Shown: one piece after another, positions 11,648 through 22,960 of the stretch
Numbering within the stretch: the stretch's first letter is position 1
Layout: every line of letters begins with the position of its first letter
Origin: Nemertoderma westbladi
Lineage: Eukaryota > Animalia > Xenacoelomorpha
DNA: 64,000 bases
Direction of reading: 5' to 3'
NCBI GenBank assembly: GCA_032718475.1
Contig: JAUCBJ010009126.1
Location: 1-64,000, forward strand
Made by a program: the position numbers and the translations under genes
Notes under the pieces: generated by a model
Database searches by the model: none
Seen by the model: only the letters and a program-made list of their open reading frames with translations
What the model was told of the DNA's origin: nothing

Positions 11648-13724
11648 TAATGTAAGCTACTTATACGGTGTCCCATGTGTTATCACCTAATGTAAGCTAC
11701 TTATACGGTGTCGCATGTGTTTTCACATAATGTAAGCTACTTATACGGTGTCCCATGTGTTTTCACCTAATGTAAGCTACAGTACTTATAGGTGTCCCAT
11801 GTGTTTTCACCTAATGTAAGCTACTTATACGGTGTCCCATGTGTTTTACCTAATGTAAGCTACTTATACGGTGTCCCATGTGTTTTCACCTAATGTAAGC
11901 TACTTATACGGTGTCCCATGTGTTATCACCTAATGTAAGCTACTTATACGGTGTCGCATGTGTTATCACCTAATGTAAGCTACTTATACGGTGTCGCATG
12001 TGTTTTCACATAATGTAAGCTACTTATACGGTGTCCCATGTGTTTTCACCTAATGTAAGCTACAGTACTTATACGGTGTCCCATGTGTTTTCACCTAATG
12101 TAAGCTACAGTACTTATAGGTGTCCCATGTGTTTTCACCTAATGTAAGCTACTTATACGGTGTCCCATATGTTATCACCTAATGTAGGCTACTTATACGG
12201 TGTCCCATGTGTTTTCACATAATATAAGCTACTTATACGGTGTCCCATGTGTTTTCCTAATTTAAGCTACTTATACGGTGTCCCATGTGTTTTCCTAATG
12301 TAAGCTACTTATACGGTGACCCATGTGTTTTCCTAATGTAAGCTACTTATACGGTGTCCCATATGTTTTCCTAATGTAAGCTACTTATACGGTGTCCCAT
12401 GTGTTTTACCTAATGTAAGCTACTTATACGGTGTCCCATGTGTTTTCACCTAATGTAAGCTACTTATACGGTGTCCCATGTGTTATCACATAATGTAAGC
12501 TACTTATACGGTGTCCCATGTGTTTTCACCTAATGTAAGCTACTTATACGGTGTCCCATGTGTTTTCACCTAATGTAAGCTACTTACACGGTGTCCCATG
12601 TGTTTTCCTAATGTAAGCTACTTATAGCTTAAATTACTAGAGGTTTATATGCTCGTGCAAACACTTTGTGTAGAAAATTTTATAATTGTAGTAATGCAGT
12701 AAAAGTTACTCTATTTAGGGCATATGTAACTCCTTTGTATTGCAATGCTCTGTGGTCACCATTGAACTATTCAGAGTCTGTGTATAACCGTGTCAGAGTG
12801 GCCTATAATTCGGCTGCACGTATATTTTTTAAGCTTCCGTTCCGTTCCAGTATGTCCTTATTTTTCGGTACTTCAAATATGCCATGTTTTATTCACTTAC
12901 GCTATCGTTCAGTGCAGAGCTTATATAATAGAATTAAGGTATCTAGTAATAAAATTGTTTCCACGGTTTATATGTGTACTCGAGAATCATCTAGAATTCA
13001 TCGTAGTCAATTTGTTTGCTAATTACTATCGGTTTCATAATACATTAATATGTAGCTACAGTACTTAATAGGGCTTAGGACTTTAATTGTGCTTAATATA
13101 ATAACAATAATAGTAGGCTAATTAGGATATGGATCAGTTATATTGTGCACCCCATGTATAATAATAATATGGTCTGGTGTAAAGAATAAAATAAAATAAA
13201 AAAATAAAATATACGGTGTCCCATGTGTTTTCACCTAATGTAAGCTACTTATACGGTGTCCCATGTGTTTTCACCTAATGTAAGCTACAGTACTTATAGG
13301 TGTCCCATGTGTTTTCACCTAATGTAAGCTACTTATACGGTGTCCCATGTGTTTTCACATAATGTAAGCTACTTATACGGTGTCCCATGTGTTTTCACCT
13401 AATGTAAGCTACTTATACGGTGTCCCATGTGTTTTCACCTAATGTAAGCTACTTATACGGTGTCCCATGTGTTTTCACCTAATGTAAGCTACAGTACTTA
13501 TAGGTGTCCCATGTGTTTTCACCTAATGTAAGCTACTTACACGGTGTCCCATGTGTTTTCCTAATGTAAGCTACTTATACGGTGTCCCATGTGTTTTCAC
13601 CTAATGTAAGCTACTTATACGGTGTCCCATGTGTTTTCACCTAATGTAAGCTACAGTACTTATAGGTGTCCCATGTGTTTTCACCTAATGTAAGCTACTT
13701 ATACGGTGTCCCATGTGTTTTCAT
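11648..13724. repeat. ~40-bp satellite interrupted by a LINE insertion
   Basis: Unit tatacggtgtcccatgtgttttcacctaatgtaagctact lies on both sides of 12627-13209. Confidence 0.97.
12627..13209 (+). mobile_element. 5'-truncated non-LTR retrotransposon 3' end (second family, tentatively RTE-X-like)
   Basis: RGLYARANTLCRKFYNCSNAVKVTLFRAYVTPLYCNALW resembles a post-RT LINE C-terminus. It has a (TAAAA)n tail and a tata duplication at 12623-12626 / 13210-13213. Confidence 0.8.
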
Positions 13725-14068
13725 CTACATCCTTTTACCAGCTTAGATATGTGTTGGCCAATGTGATATATACCAGACTTTCTGTATAATTTTACCCCCA
13801 TCATAAAACAATATCGAATTACTCTATTGCTGTTCGCTCTAGGTAAAGTAGAACTACAAAGTGGAACTAAAAACTTCCTACAAAAATCGGCCGCCCTTCA
13901 AACTAATTCGATTCGCAGCAGGTTCAGTTACCAGGGTAAAATATGTGAGTATGAAACTATTAAAATACTCCGTAGCGACACAATCCCATTGTAATAATAA
14001 TATAAATTGTAATAATAATAATAATTTAATTATACAATTACATTAATTTGATTCACAATTCCACTAAC

Positions 14069-14199
14069 CTGGAAGGGAACACAAAATACAGCCATGAGTA
14101 AATCAGCTACAGCTAAGTTACCGATGAACACATTTACATCATTGTGCATCTTCTTGTTCTTTCGAATGACGTGACACGTTAGAAAGTTGCCAAATATTC
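14069..14199 (-). CDS. Class A (rhodopsin-family) GPCR, neuropeptide-receptor-like: coding exon 2 (end of TM1, ICL1, TM2)
   Basis: Acceptor tacag|, donor |gttagt. Translates (G)IFGNFLTCHVIRKNKKMHNDVNVFIGNLAVADLLMAVFCVPFQ, containing GN1.50, NLAxAD2.50 and the TM2 proline. Phase 1 matches the exon at 33920-34028. Confidence 0.93.
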
Positions 14200-14374
14200 C
14201 TGTATTAAATAGTTGGTATTAACAACACAGTAACCAATAGCAACTAAGGATAAACACCGGTTGAGGCTAGGTATAGCATATGTAGAATAGAAAGCACAAC
14301 GGATGACACAAATGTATGTAGGGAAGACAACATAAAGGGAGGAACTATTCTGATATGATATTAACTATTCTGAT

Positions 14375-14625
14375 CTGGAGTCAAAAGTTCGAGAGGTATT
14401 TGCCCGTAACTTTAAAAAACATTGGAACTTTTTCTGTAGTATGCCCATATAAAATTTGGTTGAAAATGGTTAAAATCTTCAAAAAGTTATTTACGAATGA
14501 ATTTTTCATTACAGACGGACAGACAGACGGACAAACAGACAGATAGACGGGCATTAAATTTTGCCCTATTTACTAATTATAATTGTGCGCTAAGACTCGC
14601 CCTGACTGCGTGGCTCGCCCCACAT
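14375..14625 (-). mobile_element. Second HINE/DINE-1-like terminus with (GTCY)n microsatellite
   Basis: acagacggacagacagacggac at ~14511-14549 is followed by gctaagactcgccc..cgtggctcgccccac, homologous to 2874-2907. Confidence 0.55.
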
Positions 14626-14934
14626 TATTTCTTCGTAACTCAATCCTGGTTATGTTTAGGTTGGAGTCAATTTATTTGGTGGTAGAGACAGGAGAGAGAG
14701 CATGAGAATAGCAGTTTTGGGCGAAATCCATATAGAGAATTATAAACTATGTTATTAGATAGATTTATAGTGTAGAATAATAAATTCACCCTGTAACTTT
14801 TATTCATTTTGAAGGAGTTAAGTGTGGGGAGAGTTGAAGTTGCCTATAGAAGCAAGCTTCTCACTATGGGGATTAACAAAAAATTTAGAAATATTTGCTA
14901 ATCTTTTGCAAACTCAGTTCATGACTTTCTTGAG

Positions 14935-15052
14935 GAGCCTTTTAAAGGACACTGATCTCGAAGATTGGATGATCTAGCAAATATGGAGATAGAGGGATCA
15001 TGGGTGATCGTGATTGGGAGTTGTGGCGTCGGCTTTTTGTCGACCAGCCGGC
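14935..15052 (+). mobile_element. RTE LINE 3' remnant
   Basis: Homologous to ~17830-17922 (ttaaaggacactg...gggagttgtggcg...ttgtcgac). Confidence 0.7.
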
Positions 15053-15592
15053 AAATTTTTAATATATACAATGCAGCTACAATTCAGCATTCCGTCAGAA
15101 GAATAAGATCAATGGAAAACTAATGGCCGTTTTTTTCTCGAAATGACCTTTCTTGGACGTTTTCTCTATCAAATTTTTTACTATACTCAATCGTGTTTCG
15201 TTCTGTTTGCAGAATTACTTTGATTTTAAAAATTTTGTTGGCAGAATTTTGAAATTTTTGTTTAATAAAAGTTGCGACATTTTTTTTGTTTATACATTCC
15301 CAAAAAATTGAAAAAAATCTAATAACTCGCGATTTGTTCCACAAAAAATATGGTAACGGTCAACGCGAAGTTTATCTCTGAACCGATCCTTACACCTCCA
15401 CCTTACCCTTATCACTTCTCAGTTGTCCAATAATGGAATACAGCTCTAGGAATTTAGTCGGACGTATCGCTAGATTTATTAGGTAACTTGTGTAATTATT
15501 TCAGGTTCATTTGTACCGACATACTTCCGTAATTAATACTGTAGAGTTTGTCTTATACGGAATTTATATTTTGCAATATTTTGTTATCCGTG

Positions 15593-15826
15593 CAACATAG
15601 TTTGGTCCACCAACACATAGTTTGGTCCACCAACACACAGTTTGGTCCACCAACACACAGTTTGGTCCACCAACACATAGTTTGGTCCACCAACACACAG
15701 TTTGGTCCACCAACACACAGTTTGGTCCACCAACACATAGTTTGGTCCACCAACACATAGTTTGGTCCACCAACACACAGTTTGGTCCACCAACACATAG
15801 TTTGGTCCACCAACACATAGTTTGGT
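15593..15826. repeat. 20-bp minisatellite, ~11.5 copies
   Basis: caacacayagtttggtccac is repeated. Confidence 0.97.
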
Positions 15827-16959
15827 ACAATCATCTTCTATACGAAAGATATCATGCTATCCATGCAAAGTGACAAGTTATAGTGATTAAATGTTGGCCC
15901 AAACTTGTCAAAAACTCATAAAATAGCACATTATAGAGTTACCTAGTAGGTTACTCGACCTAGTAGTAGTAGTGATATAAAGTTGGAAAATATACGCCCT
16001 GGCGATTTGGTAGGGCGAAATTAATTTCATACAAATAAATAAATACCATATTATAGTGCGGGATAACAGTAATTGCACATTTCTTGAAACTATATTGCTA
16101 TATTAACATTTGTGGAATCATTGTTTCAGTTCAATGAAACAATAATTGTTGAATTCGTTGAACCATTCATAGCTCTGATCCGTCAGATAAAAGAGCAGCG
16201 TTCCAATCAATATTAGCTAACAATCAGATGAGGCCACATGGACCAATCCTACTATTGTTGGAGTTTTCATGCTGTTTGAATTGCCATCAATATTAATTCG
16301 AAATGAAAATCCCGATTGCTTGCTAGATCTAATGTTCCTCGGTTGATTAGAATAATCTAAAAAAGGTATTTTCTTAACAATAAATATTGAGGAAAGATAT
16401 TACTTAAGACATATCTGAGTCACAGACACACACAGTGTCAATAAAATCACCTTATACCGAATTAAGTCGTATTTGAATGTCGCACCAGGTTATTTCCACA
16501 CGATTAAAATCATATATAATAAATACATCACATTATCACCTATAATACATGTTATTATCGATTATATTAAATCCTTTGTGTATTTCTGTCTGGTCATCGA
16601 ACCTCAACTGTCTGGTGCATTATATACAATCATCCAATGGATTGTATTTCATGTGGGTCTTTACTGTTAGGAGATTGTAAATTTTTGCATAGGAGATACA
16701 CAGCACCTCTGTGTGACTAATGGAACCCCAGAGCAGAATGGTATGGAAGGTCAGGAGGAAATAAAGTTAATACAAATAAATCAACAATAATATTACCCTT
16801 GAAAAAAAGGAAAAATATATAATCTATTCTATATAATCTATATCTTCCTATATCCTATATATCCTATATATCTTATCTATCTATAATCTTATATAATCTA
16901 TTCGATACAAATATACTTACAACCTACATCAATATACGATGATTCGACGACATTTGTGT

Positions 16960-17937
16960 CTCCTGTCAACGGTGACACAGAACCATTTGAAGTGTTATGG
17001 GGATTCAGGGGGACACACTTGCACCATTCTTGTTCATTATTGTGGTTGACTATGTTCTACGCATGTCCTTAGATCATCATAATGATGATGGGGAGATGGT
17101 AACTCCACCTACTGGCTCCAGAAGTCGAGGAAATCCTGCCAAGTACCTAACTGATCTAGACTTTGGTGATGACTTAGGAGTACTCTCAGAATCACTAGAG
17201 GGAGCCCAACGGCTCCTCAGCTTATTAGAACATGCTGCTTCTAGTGTTGGTCTTTTTATTAACTCAAAAAAAAAAATTTTGACAGTTAACTTTGAAAGTC
17301 CTCAGCAAGTCTCTGATCGGATGACCATAAGCTCAATTGATGGTATGCTTGAGCATGTGGACGACTTCTGTTACCTGGGATCATGGATCCGAAAGTCAGG
17401 TGAGGACCTTAGAATACGTAAGGGAAAGGCATGAGCAGCCTTGAATAGGTTTTCCAGGCTTTGGAAGTCACCGAGAATTAATCGGAAACTTAAGGTCCGA
17501 TTATTTAGAGCAGCAGTAGTTCCAGTACACCTCTACGGGAGTCCATGCTAGGCTCTAACTGCTGAGGACACCAAATCTCTGGATGGCACATTCACAAGGA
17601 TGCACGCCGGGTTCATTGTGTCAAGTACAATGCACACATCTCCAACCAGACACTATATAACATTGGAGGTGTCTCATTGGTTCCCCCAAGCTTGACACTA
17701 GAACAAAGTCGCCTCTGCATTACAGGACATTGCTTTCGCCGTGAAGACCAGAAATGCATGATCTTGTGCTTTGGCACCCCAATGGAGTGAATAAGCGTGG
17801 TGGAAAGTCCATGACTTTCTTGAGACGCATCTTAAAGGACACTGGCCTTGAAGATGCGGATTATCTAGCAAATGTCATGGGTGATAGGGAGTTGTGGCGG
17901 CGTAATTTTGTCGACAAGCCGGCACAGCATTCTTAAT
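16960..17937 (+). mobile_element. RTE-clade LINE, decayed RT to ORF end
   Basis: GIQGDTLAPFLFIIVVDYVLR...TDLDFGDDL...FCYLGSWI, with in-frame stops and a frameshift. Paralogue of 3326-4355. Confidence 0.92.
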
Positions 17938-18359
17938 AAGTATGTAATGCCCATAAAAACCGATAATACCATATATTATATTACTATAAGAAGAACCGAA
18001 AAAAATATATGGGCTGCGATGAATGGGCTACGACGAATCGGGAGAAATTCCAACCCATAAAAATTAGTGAAGAATAAACAAGATCACAAAACACATGCAA
18101 TCAGTGTTCACTTGATGGCTGACAGGAAGATGATACCTGGGATTGGTAGAGCATTTATCAGGATAACAAATTAGGTAAATTCAATTGAGGGGAGGTTTTG
18201 TCTATTAAAATTGAAGTGACATCCCAGCATTCCTGCTCTATCATATATGTTTATTGCAACAAACAGGTGTGAGTACTCATTCTCATGTGCGAAGGCCCCT
18301 CAGTAGTGATACTAACTAACTTTTTTTTAAACTATTCCTGTACTAGTTAGTACCTATCT

Positions 18360-19300
18360 CCGCATCGTCAAGGCCACTGTCCTTTAAGAGGCCTCTTGAG
18401 AAAGTCAGGGGCTGTGTCCAGGTCCACTATGCTGATATACTCCATGGGGCTGCCAAAGCACAAGATTATGCACAGCTGGCTGCGACTTACACATGCTGGC
18501 TTAACGAAAATATTTTTGCTACCACCATGCAATCCCCAATTGGCATGTCGCAATGCAGTGTGCATTAAGAATGCTAGGTCGGCTTATCAACAAAGTAGCA
18601 CCAACGATGAGATACTACCACTACTACTATCATTGATCGATTCCCATGCTTGTGATGATTGCTGCTGTCTTCTGCATCATTAAAGGCATCAACCTGACAG
18701 TTGATAAGCTCCTGTAGATTATCTGAGTAGTGCCTGAATAGGGACCTAGATGCAACCTTGGTTTCCGTTTTTCCGCTTTAAGGGTATACAGGAACTTTTT
18801 CTGCAGCTGCTGCCTTAACTGCCTCTGTGAAGGCAGTATAGTCCACACAATGATCTGTTGCCTCAGAGGCAAGAGCCTCATACCTGTTGCTCACCTCTAG
18901 TATGAATATGGGTCTGGAACTTGTAACCCACTGGATCTATTATGTGTCCACAGCTTACCAGTTTGCTTGTTGAACTAGATGTCAGCTTCAAAGTCTATGA
19001 ATAAGACAATTAAAGTCACACAGGAAAGATATGAATGCATGCTGATCCACTCCATCAGTAGCTGCTTGTAGATTCTGGTATAAATTTTCCACCTCCTCTA
19101 CTGGGGCAACACTAGTTGGAGAGTAGCACACAATCAGAACCACCTTAGGAAACTTCTTAGCCAGTCTTCCAGAACATGAGAAGTGGCAACAGATGATGCG
19201 GTTAGAGATTTGTTCTATTTTGTCCAATACTGCATGTGCAGTTAGATTCACCAATAGACCAATTCCACCTTTGCCACTATCTCATCTAGTGATGCGAGGG
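18360..19300 (-). mobile_element. Scrambled RTE LINE remnant (APE endonuclease N-terminus plus 3' fragments)
   Basis: GIGLLVN...ISNRII...LIVCYSPT...FLCDFN (APE motifs) at 18990-19270, with ORF-end and 3' UTR pieces at 18360-18605. Confidence 0.8.
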
Positions 19301-20212
19301 CAAGTCGCCCCCCCCCCCCCCCATGTTCTTATAATCATAACCTCGTCTGTCTGTCCAGTCTCTGGACTTCTGGGCAATCTTGGTCTAGTTAACTGTACAG
19401 TACGGTCCAGTAATGTAGGCATAGCGTTATTTTTGAGATTGACAAGTGTAACATTAGAAATAGCATGCTATTTTTGTACCAGGGTTAAATAGATAGAATC
19501 TTACAAACATTATTAACAAATAAATAAATCACTTACCAACATAGGCCTATATAGTTGTAGTGCTAAGCACTGCAGCGTTACCTCTGAGTGTAAACATAAC
19601 AGAGCAGAACAGTACAGAAAAGGTACTTGGAATAGCAGCTGGGCAGAAGCTTACAGTACTGCTGTGCAGATCGTAACCATTATTGGAACCAAACTGCCCA
19701 CCAAGTAGTTTACTGCAGTACCAGTGAGTAAGATTAAGTGCAATTGTTATGAATTACCATATTCATACCGAAGCTACTCACACACACAATTTTAACAAAT
19801 TAATATACAGTCAATTAATACAGTTCAGTTAATTTAAGTGTAGCAGATGTGAATCTAGCACTGTAGGTACAATACGTTTGTGAGTACAGTATAATGTACA
19901 TAGTTGTTTTAGTACTATGGCTAGACCATGCTGCTATTTATAACTATTACTGAATCCTTAATTCCAATTACAACAGCACAAGTACGTCGTTCACAGATTG
20001 AATTCACAGTTTAAATATAGTAAAACCTCAATAAATTCATACAGGAAATGTTTCTTGGGACTGTGATATCATTGCAGATCTAAGAAAACTTCGCGGTTGT
20101 CAAAAAGGAATTAGTATTTGTCATCCTGAGACCAGATATATCCGATAAAATCCCCGATAAATCGCTCCTGGCTTAAGGTATGTTCACATAACATGTGCAT
20201 TGTATGTATATG

Positions 20213-22422
20213 GGGTGTACGTGGTTGTGTAAGGAGGTGAGGGGGTCCGAATAGAATACACAACCGATCGACACAGCTGTGTACGCACACATACAACAAA
20301 CTGGTGTACGTGATTGTGTGTAAGGAGGTGAGGGGGTCCGAATAGAATACACAACCGATCGACACAGCTGTGTACGTACACATACAACAAACTGGTGTAC
20401 GTGGTTGAGTGTAAGGAGGTGAGGGGGTCCGAATAGAATACACAACCGATCGACACAGCTGTGTACACATACAACAAACTGGTGTACGTGGGTGTGTGTA
20501 AGGAGGTGGGTGTGTACGTGGGTGTGTGTAAGGAGGTGAGGGGGTCCGAATAGAATACACAACCGATCGACACAGCTGTGTACACATACAACAAACTGGT
20601 GTACGTGATTGTGTGTAAGGAGGTGAGGGGGTCCGAATAGAATACACAACCGATCGACACAGCTGTGTACGTACACATACAACAAACTGGTGTAGGTGGG
20701 TGTGTGTAAGGAGGTGAGGGGGTCCGAATAGAACACACAACCGATCGACACAGCTGTGTACACATACAACAAACTGGTGTACGTGGGTGTGTGTAAGGAG
20801 GTGAGGGGTTCCGAATAGAATACACAACCGATCGACACAGCTGTGTACACATACAACAAACTGGTGTACGTGGGTGTGTGTAAGGAGGTGAGGGGGGTCC
20901 GAATAGAATACACAACCGATCGACACAGCTGTGTACACATACAACAAACTGGTGTACGTGGTTGAGTGTAAGGAGGTGAGGGGTTCCGAATAGAATACAC
21001 AACCGATCGACACAGCTGTGTACACATACAACAAACTGGTGTACGTGGGTGTGTGTAAGGAGGTGAGGGGGTCCGAATAGAATACACAACCGATCGACAC
21101 AGCTGTGTACGTACACATACAACAAACTGGTGTACGTGGTTGAGTGTAAGGAGGTGAGGGGGTCCGAATAGAAAACACAACCGATCGACACAGCTGTGTA
21201 CGTACACATACAACAAACTGGTGTACGTGGTTGAGTGTAAGGAGGTGAGGGGTTCCGAATAGAATACACAACCGATCGACACAGCTGTGTACGCACACAT
21301 ACAACAAACTGGTGTACGTGGTTGTGTGTAAGGAGGTGAGGGGGTCCGAATAGAATACACAACCGATCGACACAGCTGTGTACGCACACATACAACAAAC
21401 TGGTGTACGTGGTTGTGTGTAAGGAGGTGAGGGGGTCCGAATAGAATACACAACCGATCGACACAGCTGTGTACACATACAACAAACTGGTGTACGTGGG
21501 TGTGTGTAAGGAGATGAGGGCGTACGTGGGTTTGTGTAAGGAGGTGGGTGTGTACGTGGGTGTGTGTAAAGAGGTGAGGGGGTCCGAATAGAATACACAA
21601 CCGATCGACACAGCTGTGTACACATACAACAAACTGGTGTACGTGGTTGTGTGTAAGGAGGTGAGGGGGTCCGAATAGAATACACAACCGATCGACACAG
21701 CTGTGTACGTACACATACAACAAACTGGTGTACGTGGTTGAGTGTAAGGAGGTGAGGGGGTCCGAATAGAATACACAACCGATCGACACAGCTGTGTACG
21801 TACACATACAACAAACTGGTGTACGTGGTTGAGTGTAAGGAGGTGAGGGGGTCCGAATAGAATACACAACCGATCGACACAGCTGTGTACGTACACATAC
21901 AACAAACTGGTGTACGTGGTTGAGTGTAAGGAGGTGAGGGGGTCCGAATAGAATACACAACCGATCGACACAGCTGTGTACACATACAACAAACTGGTGT
22001 ACGTGGGTGTGTGTAAGGAGGTGGGTGTGTACGTGGGTGTGTGTAAGGAGGTGAGGGGGTCCGAATAGAATACACAACCGATCGACACAGCTGTGTACAC
22101 ATACAACAAACTGGTGTACGTGGGTCTGTGTAAGGAGGTGAGGGGGTCCGAATAGAATACACAACCGATCGACACAGCTGTGTACGTACACATACAACAA
22201 ACTGGTGTACGTGGTTGTGTGTAAGGAGGTGAGGGGGTCCGAATAGAATACACAACCGATCGACACAGCTGTGTACACATACAACAAACTGGTGTACGTG
22301 GGTCTGTGTAAGGAGGTGAGGGGGTCCGAATAGAATACACAACCGATCGACACAGCTGTGTACACATACAACAAACTGGTGTACGTGGGTGTGTAAGGAG
22401 GTGGGTGTGTACGTGGTTGTGT
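20213..22422. repeat. 87/91-bp satellite, ~24 copies, with short internal sub-duplications
   Basis: Unit gtgtacgtggktgtgtgtaaggaggtgagggggtccgaatagaatacacaaccgatcgacacagctgtgtac(gtac)acatacaacaaactg. Confidence 0.97.
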
Positions 22423-22719
22423 GAGGATATGTAGAGGCGATTCTATTTTTATTTGCTTTCATTTGGGTTCTAGTATCCCCCCCCCCCTCCCCCCCCCCCC
22501 CCCCCCCCCACACCCACGTACACCACCTCTCTACTTACACCTACCTAGACTCATACACCCACTCATACACTATTAATCTGAAAGTATTACTAGAGGTTTG
22601 GGCGCTATATAAATTAAAACCTAAAATATCTGATACAGTGGGACACACACTCTAGGATCACCAACTTATCCTGTTCAATACGGGTTTCCTACCTACATTC
22701 CCAGTGCCAGATTCGCTCG

Positions 22720-22820
22720 GCGCTCCACTTATCAAAGACAAATTCTGTAAAATATCTTCTTCTAATAATTACAGAGCCATTGCTATTTCTTAATCCTAAA
22801 AGTTCTAGAATGGGTTGTTA
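22720..22820 (+). mobile_element. LINE reverse-transcriptase N-terminal remnant
   Basis: PLIKDKFCKISSSNNYRAIAIS..KVLEWVV matches the typical pre-RT NYRxIA motif. Confidence 0.65.
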
Positions 22821-22860
22821 ATATCTCAATGCCATAGCACGTCTGTGGATTAATTTGGAT

Positions 22861-22960
22861 NNNNNNNNNNNNNNNNNNNNNNNNNNNNNNNNNNNNNNNN
22901 NNNNNNNNNNNNNNNNNNNNNNNNNNNNNNNNNNNNNNNNNNNNNNNNNNNNNNNNNNNN
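22861..22960. other. Assembly gap (100 N)
   Basis: Run of 100 n. Confidence 1.

Noticed and set aside
20111-22513. Three 727-800-aa minus-strand ORFs
   Set aside because: All three are frames of one stop-free satellite, and indels shuffle the frames freely.
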